Below, one piece after another: positions 26,539-40,491 of a stretch of DNA of 64,000 nt. The notes under the pieces are model-generated. The model saw only the letters and a list, made by a program, of their open reading frames with translations, ran no database searches and was not told the DNA's origin. Within the stretch, counting starts at the first letter, position 1; the number at the start of each line of letters is the position of its first letter. The stretch spans positions 57,290,001-57,354,000 of the forward strand of contig NC_058368.1 in assembly GCF_018350175.1 (NCBI RefSeq). The letters are read 5' to 3'. The position numbers were made by a program, and so were the translations under genes. The stretch is from Felis catus (taxonomy: Eukaryota).

Positions 26539-27306
26539 AGGTAAGTCTGACAAAGGAAAAAGTAGAGCAATATTGAATAAGAGTGTGTTTTTGTCTGGGC
26601 AAGTGTAGTAAATAGTTGATTTTTTTAAGGAGACAGCATGAAATTGTTGGATGTAAAGAAAGGACCACAATTTAATAGAAGACAACATGTAAAAGCTTAG
26701 CACTTTAGAGAAAAAAGATCCCCATAACCGTGGTAAATAACTGCAGAAAACTGAGTATGTAGTGCTCCTAAGAGAATGTCCTTTACCATAGTTCTCCCCA
26801 CAGGACTAGCCCTATAAATTGCATTTTTATATCTTACACTTAGAGATAGTAGCTTCATACTGCCCTTCAACGACATTTAGTTAGTTCTCATGCTAAATTT
26901 TCCATTTTTAAAAATTAAACATCAGTGTCAGATTTACCTCTTTTTTATTCCCTTTTTTCTAAGTGTCTTCATCTTTTGATTTTTACTTTTACTGTTATAA
27001 ACACTCTGGTTCAAGTGGCAGGACAAGCTAATATGCAAAGTTCTTCTACCCCAAACTCACTGAAATACAGTTTGAAATATAACAAGAACATGAGTTATAC
27101 AACTGAGCTTTAAAAAACCAAATTAAGAAAATAAATGAAAATCCCTAGATACCAAAGTGAAAGAAGGAGGAAGAAAAAGAAGAGGCAGAGGAGGAGGAGG
27201 AGGACGAGGCACAATCCAGACTGAGTAAACACAAGTAAACTGTTCAGCCCATGGCAATACCCAATGGGCAGGCCATCTTGTGTACTGGAGCTTTAATGCC
27301 CTCACT

Positions 27307-27357
27307 GTATGTGGTGTGTGTGTGTGCATGCATGTGTGTGTGTGTGTGTGGTGTGTT
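27307..27357. repeat. Imperfect (TG)n
   Basis: Directly visible. Confidence 0.85.
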
Positions 27358-27447
27358 TGGGAAGAGGGACTGATGTCAAAGCTGCAAAACTCAGGCTTGT
27401 AGGTCATCTAAAACACCTGAGAGATTGAGTACACAAAAGTGCAGTGG

Positions 27448-27740
27448 TGAGATCAAATAAAAAATTAAAACTCTCACGCACAACCTCTGCAGTAACCAGC
27501 CTAGGAAACTAAACTGTAGCCTCTGCGGCAATCATCCCCAAACTGTTGAAATTTGCCCAATAATTATCACCTGATCTAATTTTTGCCCCTCCCTTATAAC
27601 TCAGGACCAACTAAAGAAAGCCAAATAATGTTTGCCAAATACATCATATAAGATGCCCTGCATCTAGCTAGCCAGGATCCAGCTTCCCCATGCAAACAAT
27701 GTCCCATCAGGGAGTGCCTGAAGCTTTTCCTTTTTTCATC
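27448..27740 (+). mobile_element. Probable ERV1 LTR fragment
   Basis: LTR-like repeated aacctctgcag(t/c)aa(c/t)cagccc motifs; 3' end not resolved. Confidence 0.45.
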
Positions 27741-28893
27741 CCAGGAACTCAGGGATTTTAAATCACTTTGTGTATGCAGGACTCCATTAAAAAAATAACT
27801 CACCCAGAAAATAACCCATTAAAAATATTTAATGTCAGCAAGTAAACAAGATTTCCATGAAAGGCAGCACAGGTAACAAAGAAGAACTAAACAAGAAATG
27901 ATAGATAAAGGACTGTCTTCTCTTATATTCTATCAGTTGTTTTGTTTTACATTTGGGCCATAAATTTGATATATGTTTTTAAAGGAAATAATTATTTGTT
28001 GTTTTAATTTTTATGTTGTCAGATCTTTTTATATATCTGTTGATCTGCAATTGTCTACTCACACTCCAAAAATGGCTTGGTGGATTTCTGCATTTTTTTC
28101 TTTACTGTTGTATGGAAAGAACTTCTTGTAGATTTCTTCTTTGGGTGGGAATTCTGTGAAACAAGGTAGTGTTCCCTTGAAATATGTGTATTCTCCAGAT
28201 GTCTGTGGGGGAAGGATTTTTTTCCCCAGAACCATGGCATGGAACTAAGCTTCTTGCATCGTTGCTTGTTTGTTGGGCAAGTTGGTTGGTTTTGTTTTTC
28301 AGTTTAGAGAAAATATATCTCAGTTTTGCCTGTCCAAACTTAATAGCCTTTGTTCTGTCTGGGAATGAGGGAAGAATGTGAGAACAGAATGACACAATTG
28401 CCTGGTTTTATATCCTTTCATGAGCTCTTACTATCCAGCCCTGCTCCTCAGCTCAGTTTTCTGTAGGCAATTCTGATTGGAGTCCTGAGCCCCACTGATG
28501 TCCTAATAGGCACATTGACTCTCACAAACTCTAGAGATACTCAAAGTATATTCCATAAATCTTACCTTTGGAATTCTGCACATTCCTCTTTCATCTACAC
28601 CCTTCATGAAATCTGATGAATTATCTCACAAATTGTTGATTAACATCACCTCTCTGACCCAGTCACTATCTTCCCTGCATTGTTAGTATTTTCTTTCTTG
28701 CTGCATCTTAACATTTCATTTTAGTGCAATTTTCAGTAAACAGGAAGGCAAAAACATATCTTAATATGTGCTTAATATTCATCTGGAACCAAAAATGTTT
28801 TTTATACCTAATTACAATGCTATACATTATAAGTTAAAGAGAGTTTTCCTTCCTCATTTTCTGATATTCATGGTTAAGTTTTGTCTTAGAGTG

Positions 28894-29399
28894 TGTCAAG
28901 GAAAAATTGCACAGGATAAAGTTAAACAGGGAAGGAAGACTACTCAAGAGTAAGCAATAGGAGAGAAAGGCCAGAACTGAGTGTGAGCACACCCCCACCC
29001 CCTACCCCCGCCCCCAAACCAAAAGTGGGAGAGATTTTAAGAGTTGGAATGGGAAGTGGACAGGACAGGAGATAATTTTACAATATGGATTAAGATGCTC
29101 CCAAATGTTAGGCTCCTGTCCTCCTACAGAAAACTGGGAATAGGGATGCCACCTTCCTTCAAGTTTGTATTTCAAAAGGATGGCTTCCAGGTCCTTGAGA
29201 AATACAGTCCTTGGTTGTAAAACTGACAAGAGGTTTTTTAAAAAGATTTACATCTCAAAGGGGCAGAGAAAGGGTTGACAATTACAAGTTTTCTAAAGTA
29301 AATGTTCTAAGAAAAGGGAGGTCAGAAGACAAGAATCAAGAAGAAATAGGTCTAAAGGTTTTAGTCAATCTGAGGGGGATGCAAAGGCCATGATGGTCA
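28894..29399 (-). mobile_element. ERV1-class solo LTR
   Basis: TG...CA termini, perfect 4-bp TSD agtg (28890-28893 and 29400-29403); shares the aagttttctaaagta motif with the LTR at 25862. Confidence 0.8.
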
Positions 29400-31331
29400 A
29401 GTGCAATAGATTTTCAGACAGATTTCATTAACTTCCCTCCTAGACTAGGTCAGTATTTAATGATTAAAGAAACCATTTGGTAGGAAATCCTAAAGACTGA
29501 GACACCTTTCCTAATTTATTGTATTTGTCACACCCTAGACAGTCATTTTGCCTGCGCCACTCAAGGAATGCAGTTCACAAAACTAAATAGTATTCTCTTT
29601 AAAATTTGGCTTGTCTTCACTCTATTTCATTTTGTTCTTTATGAAGAGAAATGTCCTTGAAATAAACAAGGCAATGTAGGGTATTTTATGAGTTGTCACG
29701 CTTCATTGCTATTGAAAAAATCTAGTAAATTACAATGCAGTGCAAGTTCAATATCAATCAGAACCTCAAAGATTGTGAATTACTAAATAAATATACAATA
29801 GGAAATGATTCTCACATTAAATTTCAAATATTTGGTAGAATGTTAAGACAGTTCATTTATGTATTATAAATTAAGTAAAGATATCATTGGCACAAGAGAT
29901 TATTTTTATAAAATAAAACAAGATATACAATTGACACAAAATTATTTAAAAACTTTGATTTGGGATAGATGTCCAACTTCTATGTTAGAGGAATGTTCTG
30001 GGAAGATTTTTGGCTTTTTTGTTTTTTGAATAATCTGACTGTGCTTTCATTGCTTAGGTTGATCCAATAAAAAAAATAATTAGAATTTTTAGTTTGGGTA
30101 GCTATAATTCAAGGAAATTCTACCTCAGGCTGCAGTGCATAAATAAGCAATAACTCATTCATAGGAGTTTGACATACAGTGACTGAGAAATGTTTGCCCT
30201 TGAGTGTACTATTGACTTTAATTATTTTAACTGTTGGTTTTTGGGGGGGTGAAGTTATATAACCTGTGTGAATATAGGCATCAAATAAGCAAACATCTCA
30301 ATACGTAAAAAAAAAAGACTAAAACTTTTTAAATTGTCAGGTATTTGTAAAGTTTTGAAGTGATCAACATCTTACCTATCATATTCTTAGCCTCCCCCAA
30401 ACCCTGATAGAGTTTTGAAGAATACAGTTGTAGGGACAGATCTTCCAGAATCCATTTACTCTATCCTTTTGCCTTTAGGAGGATTTTGTATCATTCTTAT
30501 TGCACAGATGGTTTTATCTAGTCTTATATCATATATTTGAATAATATTTTTACTAACACACAAATATGCACAAAAACAAGAAAACTAGGTAGGAACTGAA
30601 ACAAGAAATTGAAAGATTCAGTTAGGATCATGACCATATATTCAATCTGTCATTGGATAGAGATCATATACTTTGTCATAATAACTTTACAGGGTTGTAA
30701 GAATTATATTTGTAAATATAAAGAAAAAGACTTTCTGAAATATAAAGTACTATATCAATATAAGGCATTTTTATTAAAGTTGAATTTACTAAACATAAAT
30801 TCCTGAAATTTCAATCTTCATGCTAAATCTCTTATATTAAAAAAATATTTATCAAGTTTAATGTATACAAACCCAAGCCATGGACTACAACAATCATATA
30901 TCAACCAACTACAAGTGATCTTGCTAATTACAAGTTGATTCACAATATTTTGAAATCTAATCTTTACAAGGAGGTTCATGCCATGTTTCATCAATATTAA
31001 GTCTTATTTGTGGACCAATGTGATACCTGAGCATAGTTAATCCCATTCCCCTATTATGCCTACCAAACTATATTGAGGAAATGATGGTCAAAAAGGTACA
31101 TTCATGTGACTGTAAGAAGTGACTACGAAGCACTTATTTTATTACTCCAGGGTAGATAAATATTTAGTAATAACTATCAGCAAGTGCAATGTTTGAGAAG
31201 CAAAGAAGTTCTTCCCAAGACTCCACGGATCATTTTGATTTCATTTCAAGTATTGTAAAACACACAAATTTGAGCTACTCTTTTGATATCAGTCACTTAA
31301 ATAATCAAATGAGTAATAAAGAAAATATGGG

Positions 31332-31903
31332 CATAGTTGGCAGAGTAATAACATCCCAAGGATGTCCATGCCCTAATTTTCAGGTGTTTCAGAATATGTT
31401 ATTTTGGATGTCAAAAGAAGACATCAAAGATGTCATTTAGATTACAGACCTTAAAATGGGGACATTATCCTAGATTATCCAGGTGGGTTCAAATAATCAC
31501 ATGATTTATTAAAAGCAAATAACCTTTTCCATTTGCAAGCAGAAGAGAGAGACAGAATGAAAGTACTCAATGTGCTGTTGCTGGCTCTGAGATGAAAAAG
31601 TCCACATGTAAGGGGAGAAGAGAGACTTTTAGGAGCCAGGAAGAGCTGCAAACTGACAGCCATCTGGGAAACAGGGACTCAGGTCCTACAACTGCAAGGA
31701 ACTGGACAACTTAAATGAGTCTGGAAGCATTTTCTTTCCTAAAACCTCCAATAATAACACGGCCTAACTAAACAACCTGATGTTAGTCCAGTGAGAACTG
31801 TGTTGAACTTCTGGCCTCCAGTCCTTTAAGATAGTAAGTCTGTGCTGCTTTAAACTGCTTAATTTGTGGGAAATTACTAAGGCAGCAGCAGAATTCTAAT
31901 GCA
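31332..31903 (+). mobile_element. MaLR solo LTR (MLT1D/E-like)
   Basis: gattatccaggtgggttcaaataatcacatg core; 5-bp TSD atggg (31327-31331 and 31904-31908). Confidence 0.85.
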
Positions 31904-32552
31904 ATGGGAAAGTTTCACAAGGAAAAGGGCCACTATTTCTTGATGTACTGAACTCATTTATTTAATCAGTAAGTTTTACTGAAAGCCATATATAATAAGT
32001 CAGGCATTGCATTGTACTGTGACTTGTCAGTGAAACCAAGGGAATTGGAAACATATACCAACTGCCTAAAATATGCAAAATTAGAATGTAGACTAAACAA
32101 GATATCCGTAATTTTCAGCAACAGCATTTAACTCTACAAAAAAACAGTTTACTTTCACAAATTCAAATAAGAAGGAAAAAAAGAGGTAGGGAAGGGAGAA
32201 TCAGGAAGAGAAAAAAAAGAAGAAAAGTGAGACACTAAAGTCTATTTTATCAGTATGTAAGAGAAATTAAAGTATTGTATAATACTTAGGTGCATGGAAT
32301 CACATTCCTTTTTTTTTTTTTTTTTTTTTTTTGGTCTTAATCTAATTGTTCTCTGATTAAAACAATTGCCAGTATGGATGGCACATTCCATTCATAATTA
32401 ATATGTGAATTTTTGTTAATATACCCACAGGGCAAATTTCTAAAGGCTGGCCTCTTTCAGTTTACTCTGAAAAAATATATTCCTGCAATTTTTACAAATT
32501 TTATATAATTTAAAGCACTTATGACACTTTTATTTATAAAAAAAAGTTCTCC

Positions 32553-32763
32553 GGGCGCTTTGGTGGTTCAATCGGTTGAGCGTCCGACTTTGGCTCAGGT
32601 CATGATCTCGCAGTCTGTGAGTCTGAGCCCCACGTTGGGCTCTGTGCTGATAGCTCAGAGCCTGGATGGGGCCTGCTTCAGATTCTGTGTCTCCCTCTCT
32701 CTCTGTCCCTCCCCCGCTCATGCTCTGTCTCTCTCTCTGTCAAAAATAAACATTAAAAAAAAA
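32553..32763 (+). mobile_element. Can-SINE
   Basis: Head, CT body and A tail; TSD-like aaa(g/a)ttctc. Confidence 0.95.
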
Positions 32764-32867
32764 TTCTCACTTGTATTTACTTAAATCAGAAAGGAATTAA
32801 CAAATTATTAGGATTTAACTAAAACAAACAAATAAAAAGCCTACTCTCACCCTATTTTGAGTATGTA

Positions 32868-32940
32868 TTCTTCTTCTTTCTTTTTCCTTCCTTCCTTCCT
32901 TCCTTCCTTCCTTCCTTCCTTCCTTCCTTCCTTTTCCTCT

Positions 32941-32999
<59 letters not shown>

Positions 33000-33005
33000 C
33001 CTTTT
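32868..33005. repeat. Compound (TTCC)n(TTTC)n tetranucleotide microsatellite
   Basis: Directly visible ~135-bp polypyrimidine tract. Confidence 0.97.
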
Positions 33006-34200
33006 GCTTGTTCCTTCCCACCCCAGCCCTGACCAGCTTTTCATTTTCAGGACTTGAAAAAGAATTTTTGGTATATTAATTACTCAGGCATTAATAGCAG
33101 AAAGAGTGATAACTGACAGTTTATTCTGCTTCCTGAAGCCCCTCAGTTATTAACAACAGCTATATTTAGATGTAAGTAGCTCATAAAATGGTTATATATG
33201 TTTTTCTATTCTCTACTGTAAAGATGTTTGCTATCCCATCTGGGTTTGACTCCCTGTACAATATTTGCTTTATGAGATAGTGATGTATAAAATCATAATA
33301 ATAATATAATTATTGTGATGGTCTATAATTTACTTTCCAAACTTTTATTCTGCAGATTTTAGAATTTGGATTTTTTTAAAAAAAGATACCAATTCCTAAA
33401 TATAAGCAATTCACTATAAATTAAATTCAGTCTATAACACCTACCATTCACATCTGAAATTTTTCAAAAAGTTCTGTGATTTTGTTAAGATCATGAAAAA
33501 AAAAGCCTTAAAATTATTGGGTTTATACTACACAAAATGGAAAATTCATTTTGTTAATATTTTCTCAAAGAACAGTCATTCAAGTGGTTGAGGTATTGGG
33601 ATGGAATTTCTGGCAAGGGAAGGCAATGTCATTAATTCTCAGAAAACATATTTCTTCTGTTCTCAACTCCACCAACTATTGCAGGACATCCAATTTCACC
33701 CAAAGATTCCTCCTCCCATTTTATCTGCTGCTCAAAACTAGTCCTTAGTGGTAGACAGGTTGGTGGTGATTATCTTCTGTGTGGATGACAACCTCTAATT
33801 TTGTCCTGGGTTACCAACTTTTTCTAATAAAGAAAAAAAAAGCTAAGACTTAGTGTAATGGTTGATTTAGCATTTCTGGATGGGACAGTACAAATCTTCC
33901 TTATTTTTCAAATTTTTCAGATTTATGAAAAAATAAACAAGTAAATATAATTGGATCTACCTAACAGGTCAATACATTTAAACTTAAAACTGAGAACAAG
34001 TACCTAATCCTTTTATGTACCATGTAATCAGCAATAAAGCACCCTGAATACAATGAAAGTTTGTTAAAAATGACTGATATTTAAATGGTATCAAGAAGCC
34101 TGCAAATGGCATTTGAATGTAGATTCAAATAACTTTTACTGAGCCCCTGCTACGCACACTGAGTACAGAAGAAGACTGTCTTTAAAAACTTTTATGATCT

Positions 34201-34420
34201 GGGGCGCCTGGGTGGCGCAGTCAGTTAAGCGTCTGACTTCAGCCAGGTCACCATCTCGCGGTCCGGGAGTTCGAGCCCCGTGTCAGGCTCTGGGCTGATG
34301 GCTCAGAGTCTGGAGCCTGTTTCCAATTCTGTGTCTCCCTCTCTCTCTGCCCCTCCCCCGTTCATGCTCTGTCTCTCTCTGTCCCAAAAATAAATAAAAC
34401 GTTGAAAAAACAAATTAAAA
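34201..34420 (+). mobile_element. Young felid Can-SINE
   Basis: 17-bp TSD aaaaacttttatgatct (34184-34200 and 34421-34437). Confidence 0.97.
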
Positions 34421-34845
34421 AAAAACTTTTATGATCTATTGGAATATATTGGCATGTTAATAGGTAGTTTATGGTAGAGATTTCACTGAGACCTTTGGGA
34501 GCATATAGGTAGAAGTAAATGCAAGTGAAGTTGGAGATACAACAAGGCTTCCTGAAATAGACAGATGGGCCAATAAATAGGATATAGCGAGAGAATGATG
34601 TACGTTTTTAGGAGCAATGTGTAAGGCAAAAGACAAGAGAAAGCCTAGGGAATTTAGGAAATTCAAATATTTCATGATTGGAGAAGTTCAAGGAATAGAG
34701 AACATATTCTAGGCTTTGCATTATTTCAATATCATAATATCTGTAAAGTGGGATATTCATGACCAACTTTTTAAATGGACTTTTCATGCCCACTACCTTT
34801 TGGTATTGGTTTTCTTCACAGATATTTAAGTTGGATTTGGTCAGT

Positions 34846-35645
34846 GTCATGCAGCATTTACTCACGCTCCTATTCTGAATGCCATAAAGCTAAAAACAAC
34901 ATTTCTACTTGAGCCTTGGAAGGCAAAAATGGAACATAAGCAATCCTCTTGCCATTTAGCTCTTTTCTTCTGGAAAGCAAGGATGTGGAATTGGCTTTGT
35001 CTGAAACAGATTTCCCGTGTGCCGTGTGTAGGTTGTGGGTGTTAAAAGTGTTAAAAGGTGATCACATAAGTCAGTGGCCAGAATCAGTGTCCAGTGTCCA
35101 TCCCCAACTGGTATATGTCAATACACATTTGTATCTGTGGTGGCATCAGCTTTACAGTCCTAGCCTTCTAAAGAGTAGATACAGACTATGCTTTGGAATG
35201 CAATGAAACCAATGGCAACTTCCTAGTAACTCATGCTCTGAGTGGACAGAGGGTGTAGCTCCCTTGGAAAGTGGCAATTGTCATATGTGCCTTTCTGAGA
35301 AGTCTTTTCTTTTATCATTTCCTCCTTTCAATAATTTCATTAGTTTTCATATTAAAATACTGTCTTCTTGGGGCGCCTGGGTGGCGCAGTCGGTTAAGCG
35401 TCTGACTTCAGCCAGGTCACGATCTCGCGGTACGGGAGTTCGAGCCCCGCGTCAGGCTCTGGGCTGATGGCTCAGAGCCTGGAGCCTGTTTCCGATTCTG
35501 TGTCTCCCTCTCTCTCTGACCCTCTGCCATTCATGCTCTGTCTCTCTGTCCCAAAAATAAATGTTGAAAAAAAATAAAAAAAAAATACTGTCTTCTTAAA
35601 ATATTGTACAGTGGTTTCTGTTTCCTACATGAACTCAACCCTACT
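34846..35645 (+). mobile_element. Old ERVL-type LTR (LTR33-like), interrupted by a SINE
   Basis: 3' motif cttaaaatattgtacagtggtttctgtttcct; degenerate, boundaries approximate. Confidence 0.45.
35370..35581 (+). mobile_element. Young felid Can-SINE
   Basis: 16-bp TSD aaaatactgtcttctt (35354-35369 and 35582-35597). Confidence 0.97.
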
Positions 35646-36680
35646 CATTGCTATAAAACAAAATGGAGGAAACAATTCCTTGACTAAACTATTTGCATAT
35701 AACAGTTCAAATGAACATCAATAACAGAAACAAACAAAAGGATTTTTTTTAAGTGTTTTTTGCCTATAGGCAAAATTAAGTTATACATTTGGCAGCTTCT
35801 TTACAGCACTGAATTATTTCATTTTAGTTGATCCACCCTTATATTTTCTCTATTTCTTAGAGAGTAGTTAAGCTAGACTTTCCATGCCTCACCAAACAAT
35901 AAGTTCCTCCATTTTGATATTAAAAAGGACCTGATACCTAAAACTTAAGTCTCCAGAATATAAAATTACAAATTAAATTAATTCCTATTTAATCCATATC
36001 TCACCAACAGTTATAACAAAGGTATAGAAAAGGGAGATCCTACTTAAACAGAAATCTGTCAACATTTTGTTCAAAAACAGCAAGTAAACTAAGCCAGTAT
36101 TTCAATTATTGATACATAAAATGACATTATTGAACTACACTTCAGATAATGTTTATAACCAGACATTCTCTAGATACTCTTCTTTTTCCAGTATACTCCA
36201 ATACAGATATGTAGGGAATTTAAATGTAGCATTCAAGTGAGAGAAGGTATGCTGATCAATTCCCTGAAGGAATATGTAGCTGAGATATAGGATAATGTTG
36301 ACAATTTATGCAGATCTGTAAGAGGAAATTAACCTGCACCATGAAGCATGTAGCATCACTAATAAGGTAGAAAGTAGCCTGATCAAAATGAATGATGTCA
36401 GATGCCCCGTAGGCACCAAAGTAAAAGCAGTTTCTCCCTTGGAGCAGAGCCTCCCACTCTGGCTGCAAGCAGGTAAAGACCTCCTTAGCGTTAGCATAGA
36501 CACAATATCTCAAGAAGAGAAGAAAAAGCTGCCAGTTACAGATATCAAGTAAGAAAAAGAATGTAATAGCAGAATATGATTACTTTCAATGAGAGAAAGG
36601 AACAGCTGAAAACCTGGTGTTTCTAAAAATTGTGAAAACACAGAGGAGATAGCAAATCTTTGACCTTGTCTCTATGTTTT

Positions 36681-36806
<126 letters not shown>

Positions 36807-36949
36807 CAAATGTTACTATTGTAATATGAGCACAGTAGCTCTGTTAATCCATTCATCTAAAACAAATATATATTTTGTGTGTATTGCCCTGTATGATGTA
36901 AGGTAAACAGAGACAAAATGGCTAGAATATAAAATATGATGAGAACAAC

Positions 36950-39200
36950 TTAAGAAAAGCATGTACAACATTAGTGTCTGAAATTATGGGGACAGACAGG
37001 AAGCAGGTAAAAATCACACAAAAATTTGTGTAAACTATGTTCCAGGAAGAAAATGAAACGTATGAAGTTATATAGGACAGAACCCTAGGGAATTTCATAT
37101 ATGGAGTTTGAAAAAAAGAGGTGGGGGTGGAAACCTAGAGAAGAATAAGGAGAGTCTGATGGTACAAAATTCAGGAGAGATGAAATGTTTCCAGGAGTGG
37201 TATGTCAATAGTATTGAATACAGTGCTTGTGAAGTGTTGTGTAGGTAGAAAGAATACTGGATTTGGCAAGGTCACTGGTGGCCTTGCCTGGATTGGTTTT
37301 TATAGGTAAAAGATAAAAGATTTATCACCTAATAATTTCTTTCTTCTCACTCATGTGGGAGGCAAGCTCATCAGCTGAGATGGCAGAAGAAGGGGGGGGG
37401 GTAAGATAATATGTATTAGGAAAAAGAAGAAGACATGATGTAATTTTCCTGGGAATGAGAAAGTGAGTAAATTACTGGAATAGTAGAAATATCAGTGTTG
37501 CAGCCCACTTGAATTAGAGATATTGAATGTGAAGTAAAATTGGTGTGTTTGCTTGGATATGTGATTTAGCTGCTTGGTCACAGACCCATGGAAGACATGT
37601 TTTTGTTTGTTGGGGAGGAAAAAATTCGCCTCTTCCTTTAGGGTCTCCAGCTGGGCCTAGGAGTTGAACTAACAAGAGAAGAAAATACAAACTTTGTTAA
37701 ATTTTTACATTTTACATAGGAGACTTCACAGGACAATGAAGACTTGAAAAGGTGTTGGAACAAAAACTCTTATGCCTTTTAGACAAAGAAACAATACATT
37801 TGTCAAGAATTGACAACTCAAAGGGGTTTGGATGAGGGATAGTAAATGGTAAAGAAGTTAACAGGAAGATAAAGTTAGTTTAACAAGGTTTTTTGTACAG
37901 GTTTTTGGCCCACCATTTCTGGTGATAAGAATGTCTTCCTTTCTCCTGGTATGGGGGGGCAGTAATGTTCACCTGAGTTTTAACTTCTGATCTAAGGAAG
38001 AAAAAAGGAGGGTCAGAGTGTCTTTCTTGGTTCTGTGGTTTTTTTTATGTGCTTTTAATTCAAAATAATCAATATGCCAAAATGTCATATTTTGGAGTGA
38101 GATATTCAGGTTTTCTTTAGGTTCATTCAGATTTGGAATTTTGGAAGGAAAATGTGGTGATGGGGATAGGGAAGGAGCAGAGGATGGATTAAACACATAT
38201 GGAGGTGTAGACGAATAATTACATCGTGCACCATACACTCTAAGATACTCAAAAAAAGTGAAGTGAGGGAAATGGATAATGGACATATTATGAGCAAACT
38301 GTAAGATTAATGGTTGAGAGGATATAATGTTGTGTAGGTGACAGAAGAGTTGAACTGAAAGTACATGAAAAAGTCAACTAAAAGGAAAGAGTTTTTTGGG
38401 AAAAACTAGAGTTTTTGCATTCAAATTTTTGATAATTAGGGTCAAGTTTTGATGATTGTAATTGTCCTGAGTGTTGTTATAAGAGAAAATAGGTGCTGAA
38501 AATTTGGGGAAAATTTTATTAGAGAAAATAAACTGAAAAATTATGTGTTGTCTGAAACACCTATGTGGATATTGATGTTGCTGAGAAAATCAACTGTTGG
38601 AAAGTAAAACTTGGAGTTAAGAACTACATTTTGACTGGATGAATGGGAGTTAGCAGGAGTTTGGCACATCATGGAAACAAGGAAGATGACTAAGCAGTTC
38701 ATTCTATGTCTTAAAGAAATGGAAATACTTTTTAGCTTGGAAGATCTGATAGTCACAATAAGGTAAAAGATGACCGCTATTTGTTTTGTATGGAATTGTG
38801 ATATGAATAAAAATAAGATAAGCACCATGAGATTGAGATGGCTACAAAGGAAGTGAAGACTTCAGGGTACAGTCAAGTTTCTTTAGGAGCTAATAAGTAA
38901 AGGAAACATTCTGAAAAGAGTTTCAGGATTCCAAGAAGTTTGCTTATCAATGATGTTAAGTTCCAAAAAACAAAAGACCATAGTTTAGGAGGTGGAGATT
39001 AGGAACTATGACAGTTTAGGAGAGGCCAAGCAAAGTGAGATAAGAGCTTAGATCATAATGCATGTCTTGGGGTACACAGAAGAAGGACTAGGCAACATCA
39101 AGGAATCATTCCTGGTTTACACTGAAGCTGGGTAGTGGGCTCTGGTTCCATGGGTGCTAATGATCTATTCTGCATAATTGTGATATCCAGGAGAGTTATA
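36950..39200 (-). mobile_element. Degenerate L2 segments split by an LTR
   Basis: Purine-rich; ggatttggcaaggtcactggtggccttg L2-like motif; boundaries approximate. Confidence 0.45.
37608..38119 (-). mobile_element. ERV1-class solo LTR (MER34-like)
   Basis: Minus strand begins ...gaatatctcactccaaaatatgacattttggcatattgattattttgaa, matching a MER34-type 5' end; near-TSD tgtt/ggtt. Confidence 0.8.
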
Positions 39201-39577
39201 CAATCACACTTCATTTAGAGGTGGCTGATTTTTCAAGGAATATGGAGTTGTGTGACAGAAGAAGAGCTGCTCTAGCTTTCTTGTCACTTATTACATTCTA
39301 TGACTCACTATCTTGTCTTACCCGGTGTCTCATCTTCCCCAAAGTACAGAACTCCTTTAGGACAGTGACCAGGTACATTTATCTTTCTGCTGTGCATATT
39401 ACTTGCTCTCTGGAACAATGCAAAAAACAATTTTCATGCTGAATTAGGTAGGAGACATAGAAGTTATCTGATACAAATGCTTCCTATTTAAATTTTTTCT
39501 TGATTTAACGGGTGAATTTAATTTATTAAATTATTAACTATTCATTTATCTTCTTATTTACTTATTCACTTACTTAT

Positions 39578-40491
39578 TTAATGGATCAGTTATTTAATTA
39601 GGTTCTTTGCAAGAAATTTAGAAAAAAAAGGAAATTTAGAAGATCAGTTTTTCAGGATAAACTCAATTTGTGAGAGAAAACACAAAGTAGAGGTAGCCCT
39701 CAAGATGAGGAACAAGTTTGATTTTTGGCAGAATTTGTGTGTCCACAGCTTTCTGATCAACCTGGTGCTGCTCTGTAATCTCCTATTTCTCCTCTGTGTC
39801 GAAGATCTCACCACCCTGTTTTCTGGATTTACTCAGCTTCTTCTTGAAGTAAGCTTCAGAAAGACGTTTGGGGACTTTCACACTACTGACAGCAATTTCA
39901 GGTGGGGGGTGGCAATGATGAATTTCTGGTGTGTTCTACACAAAAGAATTCAATTCAGGGCTGGAGGTCTGGTCACACATAGTGAGTCACTGCTTAGTTG
40001 CCTCAAGAAAATCATCCTCTTGCTTCTGTGGTACCCAGTGAGGATAATCAAAATGGTCCCAGGAGCAGTGCTGGCTCTTGGGTTCTCACATGCTGCCTGA
40101 ATAGCTTTCAAGGCACATCTTCAGTAGGATAATACGTAGGCATTTTGTGAAGTTTAACACTTGAGTACCTCAATTGCTGTCAGCACCAACTGGTTTTGTG
40201 ACAGCAACAAGAACCCTTTCCTTCTATTTCTTTTCAACCCTGGATTTAGCCACTGAATGCTTCCTCTTGCACATGGTCTTTCTGGAATACATAGCTGATC
40301 AAGAATATCTGCCAATTCCTCTACCTCAGACAGGGTTTTGGCTGCAGTGTGGCTTCCTCTTCTTTGGAATTTTAGCCTTGAAGTTACCCTTTTTAACTTG
40401 CCACCAGCATCAGACTTCTTGACTTCACGTTTCTTCTTAGTAGCCAGCTTCTCAGATTTTTCACCCACCATTGTGCAAGATGGGAACAAGC
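39578..40491 (-). pseudogene. RPL6: Processed pseudogene of 60S ribosomal protein L6
   Basis: Intronless; 5'UTR ttcccatcttgca, ATG at 40471 (MVGEKSEK...KKSDAGGK), [38 protein letters not shown]; stop 39636-39638; ATTAAA at 39593-39598; multiple frameshifts and stops. Confidence 0.96.

Noticed and set aside
39705..40100. 131-aa + strand ORF
   Set aside because: Antisense shadow of the RPL6 pseudogene
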